Assembly (NCBI GenBank): GCA_964351705.1
Contig: CAYGPC010000002.1
Location: 46,602 to 110,601 of the forward strand
Reading direction: 5' to 3'
DNA length: 64,000 bases
From: an uncultured Legionellaceae bacterium
GTDB lineage: Bacteria; Pseudomonadota; Gammaproteobacteria; UBA6186; Azoamicaceae
A program made the position numbers and the translations under genes. Under the pieces are notes generated by a model. The model saw only the letters and a list, made by a program, of their open reading frames with translations. It ran no database searches and was not told the DNA's origin. Positions 50,342 through 60,072 of this stretch are shown piece after piece (position 1 is the first letter of the stretch; each line of letters starts with the position of its first letter).

Positions 50342-50935
50342 TTATTTTGTTAGTTGGATATATTTTTCGTGTAAACGTTGAATTTGAAGAGGTAGATCAG
50401 CAGCCTCTCCTGTATTGTCGATGAGATCGTTTGCTGCTGCTAGGCGTTCGGTTCTGGTGACTTGAGTGTTAAGAATAGATTCAACAGCTGATCGGGTGCA
50501 TCGATCACGTTTTGTAATACGTGTAATTTGTGCTTCAGTAGAACAATCCACAACTAAAATTCGATCAACGAGAGAAATAAAATTGGCTTCCAGTAATAAG
50601 GGAATCTCGACGATAAGATAGGGATCCTGATCCAGGATTTTTATTTGATGTAGAATACTTTTTTTAACAAAAGGATGTAAGAGCTTTTCAAGCCATATAC
50701 GATCGGCTTTATTTTGGAAAATTCGTATACGCAATTTTTTGCGATCGAGTGAACCTTTTTCATCAAATAAAGTTACTCCAAAATAGGAGGAAATTTTTTT
50801 TTGGACTTCAGTATTCGAATCCAATAAGTGATGTACGATTTGATCAGAGCTGATAATAGGCACACCAAGGGTTTTAAAAACTTTGGTGCAGGTTGTTTTT
50901 CCGCTTCCTATACCGCCAGTGAGACCAATAATCAT
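50342..50935 (-). CDS. coaE: Dephospho-CoA kinase
   Basis: P-loop GLTGGIGSGKT, in the pilD-coaE context. Confidence 0.93.
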   Translation of the reverse strand: MIIGLTGGIGSGKTTCTKVFKTLGVPIISSDQIVHHLLDSNTEVQKKISSYFGVTLFDEKGSLDRKKLRIRIFQNKADRIWLEKLLHPFVKKSILHQIKILDQDPYLIVEIPLLLEANFISLVDRILVVDCSTEAQITRITKRDRCTRSAVESILNTQVTRTERLAAANDLIDNTGEAADLPLQIQRLHEKYIQLTK

Positions 50936-51768
50936 AAAGTGAAATACTGATAAAAGGTAGCTGGATCTAAGAGTAATTGGGAGAGGCCTCCGATGGCAAG
51001 AAAGGGACCAAATGGGATTTGGAAGTTTTTAGTTTTATTTTTAAAATAGATTAAAGTAAGTCCCACTATACTACCTAAAATAGATGAGATCAGTATGATG
51101 ATAGGCAGAGATTGCCAGCCAAACCAAGCACCAAGAAGTGCAAACAGTTTAAAGTCACCATAACCAATGCCGTCTTTTTGGGTTATCCATTTAAACACCC
51201 AAAAGATAAACCAGAGTGAGAGGTAGCCACAGAGTGCACCCTGAATTGCAGAAATGGGTGTTACAAAAATCCCGAAAGTGTTGACGAATAGACCCAACCA
51301 GAGAACCGGTAGAGTAATAGTGTCTGGTAAAATAGTGTGATTCAAATCAATAAATGAGAGGGAGATAAGCGCCCAGATCAATGGAAGGCTGACGAGTGTG
51401 GTTGTGGTGAGACCAAAACGTATGGCAATGATAGTAGAGAGTACGGCGGTAAGAAGTTCTACCACTGGGTATTGGACTGAAATGCGAGTTTTGCACTGGG
51501 CACATTTTCCCTTGAGGTATAAAAAGCTCAAGATAGGAACATTATAGAACCAGGCAATAGTGGATTTGCATTGTGGGCAATGTGAGCGCGGAAAAAAAAG
51601 ATTAAGTTTTTCAGCTGATTCAGTGTCGTGTTCCAGTTCAGCAAACAGCATGGCGGGTACACGAGCAATCACTACATTTAGAAAGCTACCCACAAAGAGC
51701 CCAAGCATACCGATAAAGGACCAGTAAAAAGGCGGATGGTCCCGGAACAATTCAAACAGTACGGTCAT
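50932..51768 (-). CDS. pilD: Prepilin peptidase / N-methyltransferase (A24 family)
   Basis: Cys motifs CPQC...CAQC, catalytic Asp contexts (SFIDLNH and GYGDFKL), and a polytopic profile. Confidence 0.93.
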   Translation of the reverse strand: MTVLFELFRDHPPFYWSFIGMLGLFVGSFLNVVIARVPAMLFAELEHDTESAEKLNLFFPRSHCPQCKSTIAWFYNVPILSFLYLKGKCAQCKTRISVQYPVVELLTAVLSTIIAIRFGLTTTTLVSLPLIWALISLSFIDLNHTILPDTITLPVLWLGLFVNTFGIFVTPISAIQGALCGYLSLWFIFWVFKWITQKDGIGYGDFKLFALLGAWFGWQSLPIIILISSILGSIVGLTLIYFKNKTKNFQIPFGPFLAIGGLSQLLLDPATFYQYFTL

Positions 51769-52988
51769 TACAAAATTGCACCCATTTTGAAGACTGGTAA
51801 ATACATGGCGACCACTAGACCACCAACGACTACCCCTAATACTAACATAATTAAAGGTTCGAGGAGAGTTGTGAGTCCATCAACGGCACTATCAACTTCT
51901 TCTTCAAATATGGTAGCAACTTTACCAAGCATGTCTTCTAATGCCCCAGATTCTTCTCCAATACCAATCATCTGTACCACCACAATGGGAAAGACCCCTG
52001 TTTTTTTAATGGCTACTTTCATCTGTTCACCAGTAGAGAGCCCCTCTTTAATAGCTTGTATGGCATTGTAGTAAACGATATTATTTGAGGCAATGGATAC
52101 AGCTTCTAAAGCATCCGTGAGCGGGACACCAGCAGCAGAAGTTGTTGAAAGGGTTCGTGCAAAGCGTGCAATGATTGTTTTTTGTAAAATATTACCAAAT
52201 ATGGGAAGTTTCAACCAAACTCTTTCCATCATATGCCTAAAAGGATCGTTACGCCGATAAAGGTTACGTATTACCACCGAGCCAGCAATAAACAGAACAA
52301 TTAGGTAGAGACCAAAGTTTTGGATCAGATCCGATATTTGCAGAACAAACACGGTGAACCCAGGTAGTTCCGCGCCATAAGATTCAAATAAATCACGGAA
52401 CGTTGGCACCACTTTAATTAACAAGATAAGCGTCACAATAACCGCGATGAAAACAACGGCAAGTGGGTAGTACATGGCTTTTTTAATTTTTCGTCTTAAC
52501 GAGTCAGATTTTTCTTTATAAAAGGCAATTCGATCCATCATATGATCAAGTGTTCCAGAGAGCTCGCCTGATTCAATTAAGCTGCACACTAGATTATCAA
52601 AATATTGTGGGTTTTTCTTAATAGCGGCACAAAATGAGCCACCACTTTCTACATCAAAACGGATTTTTTGACACAACGAAGCCATGGGTGTTTTTTGATA
52701 ACCTTCACCAATGATGGCGAGTGCTTGCGCGACAGGGATCCCTGCAATGAGCATCGTAGACATCTGCCTGCAAAAACTGGTGATATCTTCAGGCTTTATA
52801 GGTTTTTTGCCGGATAAGCTAAAAATAGATTTCTTGCTAACACTGGAAACCGTTATACCTTGTCCTTTGAGCAGGTCTTTAGCTGTGGCGAGGGTTTTAG
52901 CAGAGAGTTCTCCTTCAACTTTTTCACCTTTGCTGTTGGCACCTTTATAAACAAAATCGAACAGTTCAGGTTCTTTTTTTCCAGCCAT
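51768..52988 (-). CDS. pilC: Type IV pilus platform protein PilC (GspF family)
   Basis: Two GspF repeats (FCRQMSTMLIAGIP..., FARTLSTTSAAGVPL) and a C-terminal PVFKMG. Confidence 0.93.
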   Translation of the reverse strand: MAGKKEPELFDFVYKGANSKGEKVEGELSAKTLATAKDLLKGQGITVSSVSKKSIFSLSGKKPIKPEDITSFCRQMSTMLIAGIPVAQALAIIGEGYQKTPMASLCQKIRFDVESGGSFCAAIKKNPQYFDNLVCSLIESGELSGTLDHMMDRIAFYKEKSDSLRRKIKKAMYYPLAVVFIAVIVTLILLIKVVPTFRDLFESYGAELPGFTVFVLQISDLIQNFGLYLIVLFIAGSVVIRNLYRRNDPFRHMMERVWLKLPIFGNILQKTIIARFARTLSTTSAAGVPLTDALEAVSIASNNIVYYNAIQAIKEGLSTGEQMKVAIKKTGVFPIVVVQMIGIGEESGALEDMLGKVATIFEEEVDSAVDGLTTLLEPLIMLVLGVVVGGLVVAMYLPVFKMGAIL

Positions 52989-52991
52989 AGG

Positions 52992-54719
52992 TTAATCCCT
53001 CATTATTCGTGATATTTCATCGAGTGTGGTAAACCCTTGACTGACTTTATGTAAACCAGATTTTCGTAAATTCCACATACCTTCTTTAGCTGCGAGATCT
53101 AACAAAGAGAGGGCATCGCCACCTGCCATAATAATTTTTGTCATGGGTTTTGAAATAGGCATGAGTTCGTAGATCCCGACACGTCCTTTATAGCCTTCGC
53201 GGCACTTGTCACAGCCTTTAGGTCCGAAAATTTCAAGCTCAGGCAATTCTTCTTTTGTAAAACCAGCTTCTAATAAAGCCGATTCAGGAATTTCTATTTT
53301 TTCTTTACAAGAATCACATAAGCGTCTTGCTAATCGCTGTGCAATAACTAATGAGATAGATGTTGCTAAATTATAAGAAGGGATCCCCATGTTCACTAAA
53401 CGGGTAATGGTATCTGCAGCACTGTTGGTATGAAGGGTTGATAGCACCATATGTCCAGTTTGAGCAGCCTTAACAGCAATTTCGGCTGTTTCAACGTCAC
53501 GGATCTCACCAATCATAATCGTATCTGGATCTTGCCTTAGGAAGGCACGTAGAGCAACGGCAAAAGTAAGCCCAGCTTTTACATTAATCGATACTTGGTT
53601 GACCCCTGTTAAATTAATCTCCACAGGATCTTCACAGGTGGAAATGTTACGGCGAGTGACGTTCAAAATATTAAGAGCCGTGTAGAGTGACACCGTTTTA
53701 CCACTACCGGTAGGGCCTGTGACTAAAATCATGCCTTGCGGTTTTTGCATGGCATCTAGAAAAAGTTGTTTTTGAAAGGGTTCGAAACCCAGAGCATCAA
53801 TACCAATTTTTGCAGAGCTGGGATCTAATATACGCATGACAACCTTTTCACCATGCAAGGTTGGGCAGCTACACACCCTAAAGTCAATTGCACGCGTATG
53901 TGAAAGACGCATTTTAAACCGTCCATCTTGTGGAACCCGTCGCTCTGAAATGTTCAACCGTGCCATTACTTTGAGACGTGCCGCAAAACGATCGGCGATA
54001 TTCACAGGGGGATTGGCGTGTTCGTATAAAATCCCATCGTGGCGAAGTCGGATCCGATAGGATTTTTCGTACGGTTCAAAATGTAGATCGGAGGCACCAA
54101 TGTTAACGGCATCCAAAATAACCTTATTAATAAAGCGCACAATTGGAGCATCACCTGCGTCATCATCACCTCCTGTTGAAGTAGGGGCTGCAGGCTTATC
54201 TTCTTCTTCACTGAAGATATCGACATCGTCTAAATCTGAATCAAATGCACCTAAAGACGCAGCTTCAAAGCTGGCCATGGTTTTTTCAATGAGTGCTGAC
54301 AATTTATTTTCTTCAACCAGAATCGCTTCAGTATTTAAATTGGTTTTGTATTTGATTTCATCCATTGCTTTTAAGTTTGCTGGATCTGAAATAGCCACAA
54401 AAAGCTTATTCCCTCGACGAAAAATTGGCAAAGCATGGTGTTGCAGGACAAGTGCAGGGTTGATCAGACTGCTTGGAATATTTTGTGTTTCAAAGGTATC
54501 TAAATCGAGTACTGGGATCCCGAATTCTTTAGAGCAAGTAAGCGCTAAAACGGTCGGATCTAAAATTTGATCTTCGATGAGGACGGCGACGAAGGCTTTA
54601 CGTTGTTTAACAGCCTTTGCATTGGTTTCGTTTGCGGCATCTTCTTTAAGCAAACCAATCTGGATTAGCTTTCTAGCTAATCCTCCAAGTGGTGGGATTT
54701 TCCCTGTCTTGGTATCCAT
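52992..54719 (-). CDS. pilB: Type IV pilus assembly ATPase PilB
   Basis: N-terminal GSPII domains, Walker A GPTGSGKT, Asp/His boxes and the tetracysteine CDSC...CDKC. Confidence 0.95.
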   Translation of the reverse strand: MDTKTGKIPPLGGLARKLIQIGLLKEDAANETNAKAVKQRKAFVAVLIEDQILDPTVLALTCSKEFGIPVLDLDTFETQNIPSSLINPALVLQHHALPIFRRGNKLFVAISDPANLKAMDEIKYKTNLNTEAILVEENKLSALIEKTMASFEAASLGAFDSDLDDVDIFSEEEDKPAAPTSTGGDDDAGDAPIVRFINKVILDAVNIGASDLHFEPYEKSYRIRLRHDGILYEHANPPVNIADRFAARLKVMARLNISERRVPQDGRFKMRLSHTRAIDFRVCSCPTLHGEKVVMRILDPSSAKIGIDALGFEPFQKQLFLDAMQKPQGMILVTGPTGSGKTVSLYTALNILNVTRRNISTCEDPVEINLTGVNQVSINVKAGLTFAVALRAFLRQDPDTIMIGEIRDVETAEIAVKAAQTGHMVLSTLHTNSAADTITRLVNMGIPSYNLATSISLVIAQRLARRLCDSCKEKIEIPESALLEAGFTKEELPELEIFGPKGCDKCREGYKGRVGIYELMPISKPMTKIIMAGGDALSLLDLAAKEGMWNLRKSGLHKVSQGFTTLDEISRIMRD

Positions 54720-54731
54720 ATAGGTATAGGC

Positions 54732-55163
54732 CTACTGACAGTTGCTGGGAATGTACTCACTGTCCCCAGTAGATGAGCATACCCATTTTATTGAACCGTC
54801 GCCGGCTCCAATGCTGGGTGTCATAATAATAGCGACAGTGCTTGCGCCAATGACGCCAGAGATACTAGTTACTGTAATTTTGCAGTTCGCATCAATTGCA
54901 ACGCTATCTGTGATGTCGCTGTTGGGAGTAGTAGAGCTGGCTGAGCAATTACCCGTAACATCTGTTGCTCCCAACTCTGTCAATCGTAGGGCGACTTTGG
55001 TTGCTTCGGCACCGGCAAAAGAGATGAGCTCACTGGTTTTAGCTTTAAAAATATAGTTTCGGTAAGCCGGGACAGCAATGGAAGAAAGTACCCCAATGAT
55101 TGCCACAACAATCATAAGTTCAATTAATGAAAATCCCTGGTCATTCGAAGGTTTCACAGACAC
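54732..55163 (-). CDS. Type IVa major-pilin-like protein (copy 1)
   Basis: Class III leader ..NDQG|[16 protein letters not shown] with Glu at +5, and a C-terminal Cys pair ([14 protein letters not shown]). The in-frame GTG at 55157 has better SD spacing (GGAGAGG then 5 nt). Confidence 0.9.
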   Translation of the reverse strand: MSVKPSNDQGFSLIELMIVVAIIGVLSSIAVPAYRNYIFKAKTSELISFAGAEATKVALRLTELGATDVTGNCSASSTTPNSDITDSVAIDANCKITVTSISGVIGASTVAIIMTPSIGAGDGSIKWVCSSTGDSEYIPSNCQ

Positions 55164-55197
55164 CTCTCCAAAGTCTTATCTCTATAGTGTACTTCTG

Positions 55198-55214
55198 ATG
55201 CAGGAATTATGCCA
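55198..55214 (-). promoter_or_regulatory. Candidate sigma-54 (-24/-12) promoter for pilin copy 1
   Basis: The reverse strand reads TGGCATAATTCCTGCAT. GG and GC are at the canonical 10-nt spacing of TGGCAC-N5-TTGCA. The site is about 35-40 nt upstream of the pilin start. Confidence 0.45.
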
Positions 55215-55322
55215 AACTGGCCTCCTGGTCTAATACACTGATTTTGTTAAAAAAAAAATATGTGCAAAACTTTTTTACCCGTTTGTAATGTTATTAAGTT
55301 TAATTTCGTCAAATTGATGACC

Positions 55323-55751
55323 TTATCCACAAATACTGGGGGCAAATTCAGGTAAATTCGTGCTACAGACCCATGTTATTGAACCACTGGTTTCTAATGT
55401 TGGAGTAAGCGTTATTGTCATTTGTTGTGTTCCACCACCAATAGCACCAGGTGAGCTGGTTACAGTAACGAGGCAAGCATCACTGATTGTCCACGATTCA
55501 GTTGTCCCAGAGTTAACGCTCACGGTTTCAGCAATATTCTGGCAGGAAGTTGCCGTAATAGTAGCACTGCCAAAAAGAAGCACATCAGCCACATCAGATT
55601 TCATTTTTCCAGCAAAGCCTAGAAGTTCGCCACTTTTAGATTTATAAATATAGCTGCGGTACATAGGGACAGCGATACTAGCGAGCAATCCGATAATACC
55701 TACTACGACCATAAGCTCGATTAAGGAGAAACCTTGGTGTTTGCGGCTCAT
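55323..55751 (-). CDS. Type IVa pilin-like protein (copy 2)
   Basis: Leader MSRKHQG|FSLIELMVVVGIIGLL and a C-terminal Cys pair (CSTNLPEFAPSIC). It is a paralogue of copy 1. The start at 55751 is preferred over the track extension. Confidence 0.88.
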   Translation of the reverse strand: MSRKHQGFSLIELMVVVGIIGLLASIAVPMYRSYIYKSKSGELLGFAGKMKSDVADVLLFGSATITATSCQNIAETVSVNSGTTESWTISDACLVTVTSSPGAIGGGTQQMTITLTPTLETSGSITWVCSTNLPEFAPSICG

Positions 55752-55954
55752 AAAATAATTACCTTTTCTGACACATAACTGTAAGTATAACAAGTTTTAG
55801 TATTTTTTCCTTAATAACAGTAAAGAAAGTGGCACGAGTCTATTAATTATAAATATCTACTAGTAAATATCTGTTTCCATAGGTCTCCATGAGCACATTT
55901 AAGGGACACTATCTTATGGTAGAATAATTTAATTGTTATTAAGAGAGTTAAAGC

Positions 55955-56866
55955 GTGCAAGCATTAAAGGTGAGTAAATTAACAAAAACATATGCCGGGG
56001 GCTTGGTTGCGCTGCGTGGGATTGATCTCGAGGTAGAGCAAGGTGATTTTTTTGCTTTACTCGGCCCAAATGGTGCAGGCAAAACAACCACGATAGGTAT
56101 TATCACTTCTTTAGTCAATAAAACGGCTGGTCAGATTGAAGTGTTTGGTTGTGATCTTGATAAAGACATGGAACGCGCAAAATCATTTTTAGGTGTTGTT
56201 CCACAGGAATTCAATTTCAATTTATTTGAGAAAGTGATTGACATACTGATGAATCAAGCCGGTTACTATGGGATCCCACGTTCCGTTGCTTTTAAGAGGG
56301 CTGAAACGTATTTAACCAGATTGGGTTTGTGGGATAAGCGTGATCAGCCTGCTCGAACTTTATCGGGTGGAATGAAGCGACGCTTGATGATCGCACGTGC
56401 TTTGATCCATGAGCCTAAAATGTTGATCTTAGATGAGCCTACTGCAGGAGTGGATATTGAACTCAGACGCTCAATGTGGAATTTTTTGCAAGAAATGAAT
56501 GCTAAAGGAATCACAATAATTTTAACTACACATTACTTAGAAGAAGCCGAATACTTGTGCAAACGGGTAGCTATTATTAACAAAGGGAGTATTGTTGAAA
56601 ATACAACGGTTAAAGAACTTTTGTCTCGATTAAATACAGAAACTATTTTATTAGATCTTAAACGCCCACTTGCTGAACCACCTGAAATAAAAGGTTGCGA
56701 AGTGAAATCTTTAGATGAGAACACGTTGGAAATTACCTTTCCAAAAGAATTAAGTTTGAATTACGTTTTTGAAACGCTGACGAATCAAAAAATTGATGTG
56801 GGCAGTATGCGTAATAAGGTAAATCGTTTAGAAGAACTGTTTATTCAGCTTGTACAAACTGCTTGA
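55955..56866 (+). CDS. ABC transporter ATP-binding protein (YadG-like, ABC-2 type)
   Basis: Walker A GPNGAGKTT, signature LSGGMKRRL and Walker B LILDEP. Confidence 0.9.
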   Translation: MQALKVSKLTKTYAGGLVALRGIDLEVEQGDFFALLGPNGAGKTTTIGIITSLVNKTAGQIEVFGCDLDKDMERAKSFLGVVPQEFNFNLFEKVIDILMNQAGYYGIPRSVAFKRAETYLTRLGLWDKRDQPARTLSGGMKRRLMIARALIHEPKMLILDEPTAGVDIELRRSMWNFLQEMNAKGITIILTTHYLEEAEYLCKRVAIINKGSIVENTTVKELLSRLNTETILLDLKRPLAEPPEIKGCEVKSLDENTLEITFPKELSLNYVFETLTNQKIDVGSMRNKVNRLEELFIQLVQTA

Positions 56867-56878
56867 AGGTAGAAAAAA

Positions 56879-57655
56879 ATGAATTTTTTTAAAGCAAATA
56901 GCATTGGTTTATACACCATCTCGCGACGTGAGATCACTCGTTTTTTTCGCATCTGGAAACAAACATTGCTACCTTCTGTGATTAGCATGCTCTTGTATTT
57001 TGTCATTTTTGGAAATTTGATTGGTTCACGAATTGGTGATATGCAGGGTTTTGATTATGTAGAGTATATCTTACCAGGGTTAGTCATGATGGCAGTGGTT
57101 ACAAACTCCTATGGGAATGTAGTCGGCTCTTTTTTTATTTCGAGATTTCAGAGGAACATTGAAGAGCTGTTGGTGTCTCCCCTGCCTAATTCTATCATTC
57201 TACTGGGCTATGCTTCAGGAGGGGTTATCAGGGGTGTCATTGTTGGGATCCTTGTGACAATAGTTTCCTTGTTTTTTTCTAAATTGCATTTACAACATTG
57301 CCTCTTGATTTTCATTATTGCTTTTTTAGTAGCGATATTATTTTCGTTGTTGGGCTTGATTAATGCCGTGTTTGCTAAGAATTTTGATGATATCAATATC
57401 ATCCCTACTTTTGTCTTGACCCCTCTAACCTATTTAGGTGGGGTGTTTTATTCTGTCAATATTTTACCAGAATTCTGGCAGTCTGTTACGTATTTTAATC
57501 CTATATTTTATATTGTGAACGCTTTTCGGTATGCCATGCTTGGTCGATCAGATGTGAGTGTTGCTTTGTCGCTTTGGATCATCAGTGGTCTTGTGCTGTG
57601 CGCCTACTTTGTGGCTTTGTGGTTATTAAAGAAGGGGTTTGGGATCCGCACTTAG
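56879..57655 (+). CDS. ABC-2 type transporter permease (YadH-like)
   Basis: Six TM segments, the ABC-2 family pattern, and a position immediately after the ATPase. Confidence 0.88.
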   Translation: MNFFKANSIGLYTISRREITRFFRIWKQTLLPSVISMLLYFVIFGNLIGSRIGDMQGFDYVEYILPGLVMMAVVTNSYGNVVGSFFISRFQRNIEELLVSPLPNSIILLGYASGGVIRGVIVGILVTIVSLFFSKLHLQHCLLIFIIAFLVAILFSLLGLINAVFAKNFDDINIIPTFVLTPLTYLGGVFYSVNILPEFWQSVTYFNPIFYIVNAFRYAMLGRSDVSVALSLWIISGLVLCAYFVALWLLKKGFGIRT

Positions 57656-58782
57656 GTAGTGTAGAGTGCAAGCGTTTGTTTTTGAATAATCTCATCCGAA
57701 AAATAGTGTTCTACACGTGCTCTTCCAGCATTGCCCATCGTTATTCTGAGTGTTCGATCTGCTAACAGTTGATGGATGGCGCTAGCCAGTGCTTGGCTAT
57801 CTTGTGCGCTGACGAGAAGACCATTTTCGTTGTGCTTTACAACCTCCCGGCACCCAGGGACATCGGTAGTCACAATTGGGCGAGCGCAACTTGCCGCTTC
57901 CAATAATGATTTTGGTAGACCTTCTCGATAGGAAGGAAGTACAGCAAGGTGACACTTTGCATAGGCTTCTGCAACAGTTTCACATTGTCCTTTCCAATAA
58001 ATAACGTTGGCATCCTGCCACGCGTTGAGTTGGGAGGTAGTAATGGATTCAGGATTTTCTGGATCCGGCATGCCGTAGAGATGCACCTCTAGATGGGGAT
58101 ACGTTTGTTTTAAAGTACGTGTTGCCTCAACCAGCTCTGCAATTCCCTTACTACGAAGTAAGCGCGCCACACAAGCAATAATAAGTGGAGGTTCCTTGGG
58201 GTAAGTTTGGACGGGATAGGCTTGTGGATCGACACCCGCACCACGAATAATGGTATGGTGATGGGGGTAGATCCCAGCTTTATTTAAGTTATTGAGATCA
58301 TCTGAGTTCTGCAAGATCAGCGTGCTATTTTTTCTAGTGAAGCACCAAGTAAATAGTTTTGAAACTGCGTAGGAAAGTATTTTTTTCTTTAGGGTTGATG
58401 GTGAAAGCTCAGTGAATAGGTAACCTAACCCCCCTAAAGCATTGATTACTTTTGGTATTCGTGTAATAGAAGCTATTATTGATCCAAAAATAATAGGCTT
58501 GATAGCGACGTGATGTGTAATATCTGGCTGGTATTGTCGAAAAATCCGGTAGATTTCGATAAGTGCTTTAAGCTGAGTAAGGGGAGCTAAGCCCGTCCGA
58601 GTGAAAAATTTAAGTGAAAAAAGTTTAATACCTGCTTCATGTATCTGCCCCATGTGATTCTGGCAACGTGTAGCAACAGCGACCTCAAAGCCTGCCGCTA
58701 AAGCGGCTTTTGCCAAGTTCAGTCGATGTGAACAAAAATACTGATCTTCAGAGACAAGAAACAGTATTTTCTTTACTTTCAT
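57652..58782 (-). CDS. Glycosyltransferase family 4
   Basis: GT-B fold with the EX7E region (PSYREGLPKSLLEAASCARPIV) and ..NGLLV. Confidence 0.85.
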   Translation of the reverse strand: MKVKKILFLVSEDQYFCSHRLNLAKAALAAGFEVAVATRCQNHMGQIHEAGIKLFSLKFFTRTGLAPLTQLKALIEIYRIFRQYQPDITHHVAIKPIIFGSIIASITRIPKVINALGGLGYLFTELSPSTLKKKILSYAVSKLFTWCFTRKNSTLILQNSDDLNNLNKAGIYPHHHTIIRGAGVDPQAYPVQTYPKEPPLIIACVARLLRSKGIAELVEATRTLKQTYPHLEVHLYGMPDPENPESITTSQLNAWQDANVIYWKGQCETVAEAYAKCHLAVLPSYREGLPKSLLEAASCARPIVTTDVPGCREVVKHNENGLLVSAQDSQALASAIHQLLADRTLRITMGNAGRARVEHYFSDEIIQKQTLALYTT

Positions 58783-60072
58783 CTAGAGTGTCCAATAAGT
58801 GAAAATATCAGGGACAATATTTTTCCAGAGATTTTTGATATCAACAATGAGCCCACCAGGCTTGAGCAGCGTATGGAAAGTTTCGGAACGAAAAGCCAAA
58901 TAAGGCTTATGTGGAACGGCACCAATAATACAGTTGTATTGTGAAGCGGTATCTAAATTTGGGATCAAATTAGCCTGAATGAGCTTCTGAGCCTCTAGGG
59001 GATCAACACAGGGATCGTGTGCATCAACCGTATAACCTTTCGATTGCAGAGCGCTAATGATGTCGACGGTTTTAGTGTTTCTGAGGTCGGGAATATTTTC
59101 TTTGAACGTCAGACCAAGCATTAGAATTTTTGCCTGCTCAGGTGGACAATTTGTTTTCTGTAAAGAGGAATGAATATGTTCAGCAATAAAGTTACCCATT
59201 TTTTCATTAATTTTACGTCCGGCCAAAATAATTTCCGGTTCCACATTAAGTTGACGGGCGCAGTGTGCAAGATAATATGGATCAACACCGATACAGTGAC
59301 CACCCACTAATCCGGGTTGGAAGTTTAAAAAATTCCATTTGGTATTTGCGGCTGCTAGAACATCGTATATAGAAAGATCTAGTTTTTTGACGATGGTGGA
59401 AATTTCATTAATGAAGGCGATATTAATATCCCGTTGGGTGTTTTCAATAACTTTGGCAGCTTCAGCGGTTTTAATGTTTTCAGCGACAAAAATATTATTC
59501 TGATTCATGGCACCGTAAACGGTACTTAGCATTTGTGCGATTTTAGGTGTTTGCCCAGCAACTACCTTTGTAATTTTGTCTACGGTGTGTTCTTTATCGC
59601 CAGGATTAATACGCTCTGGCGAATAGCCTAGAAAGAAATCTTTACCGCAGGTTAGATCGGAATTTTGTTCCAAGATTTTTCCACAAAAATCTTCAGTGAC
59701 GCCTGGATAGACAGTACTTTCATAAACAACAATGGCGCCTGGCTTAATTGATTTTCCAACTGTTTCGGAAGCTTTTTTTAGGCAAGTTAAATCTGGGAGG
59801 TTGTTCTGATCAATTGGCGTTGGAACGGTAACGATGTAGATTGCCTGCTCGGTTAATTGGGAACTGTCAGTAGTGAACTGAATCATTGTTTTTTCTAATC
59901 TTTCTTTACTTATTTCATTGGTATGATCGAACTTATTGTTGAGTTCCTGAACACGCTTTTCATTGACGTCAAAACCCAAAATCGTAAAATATTTTGATAA
60001 GGCAACGGCTAGTGGCAAGCCAACATAGCCTAGTCCAATAATCGCAATTTTTGTTTCTTTATTGATTAACAT
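58783..60072 (-). CDS. Nucleotide-sugar 6-dehydrogenase (TviB/WbpO-like, UDP-N-acetylhexosamine dehydrogenase)
   Basis: N-terminal Rossmann IAIIGLGYVGLPLA, catalytic Cys context GGHCIGVDP, and pairing with a TviC/WbpP-like epimerase. Confidence 0.88.
   Translation of the reverse strand: MLINKETKIAIIGLGYVGLPLAVALSKYFTILGFDVNEKRVQELNNKFDHTNEISKERLEKTMIQFTTDSSQLTEQAIYIVTVPTPIDQNNLPDLTCLKKASETVGKSIKPGAIVVYESTVYPGVTEDFCGKILEQNSDLTCGKDFFLGYSPERINPGDKEHTVDKITKVVAGQTPKIAQMLSTVYGAMNQNNIFVAENIKTAEAAKVIENTQRDINIAFINEISTIVKKLDLSIYDVLAAANTKWNFLNFQPGLVGGHCIGVDPYYLAHCARQLNVEPEIILAGRKINEKMGNFIAEHIHSSLQKTNCPPEQAKILMLGLTFKENIPDLRNTKTVDIISALQSKGYTVDAHDPCVDPLEAQKLIQANLIPNLDTASQYNCIIGAVPHKPYLAFRSETFHTLLKPGGLIVDIKNLWKNIVPDIFTYWTL

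Noticed and set aside
55830-55846. Plus-strand TGGCACGAGTCTATTA upstream of the ABC transporter gene, considered as a sigma-54 promoter.
   Set aside because: The -24 element is perfect, but the -12 position has TATT instead of the invariant GC. It is also more than 100 nt from the start codon.
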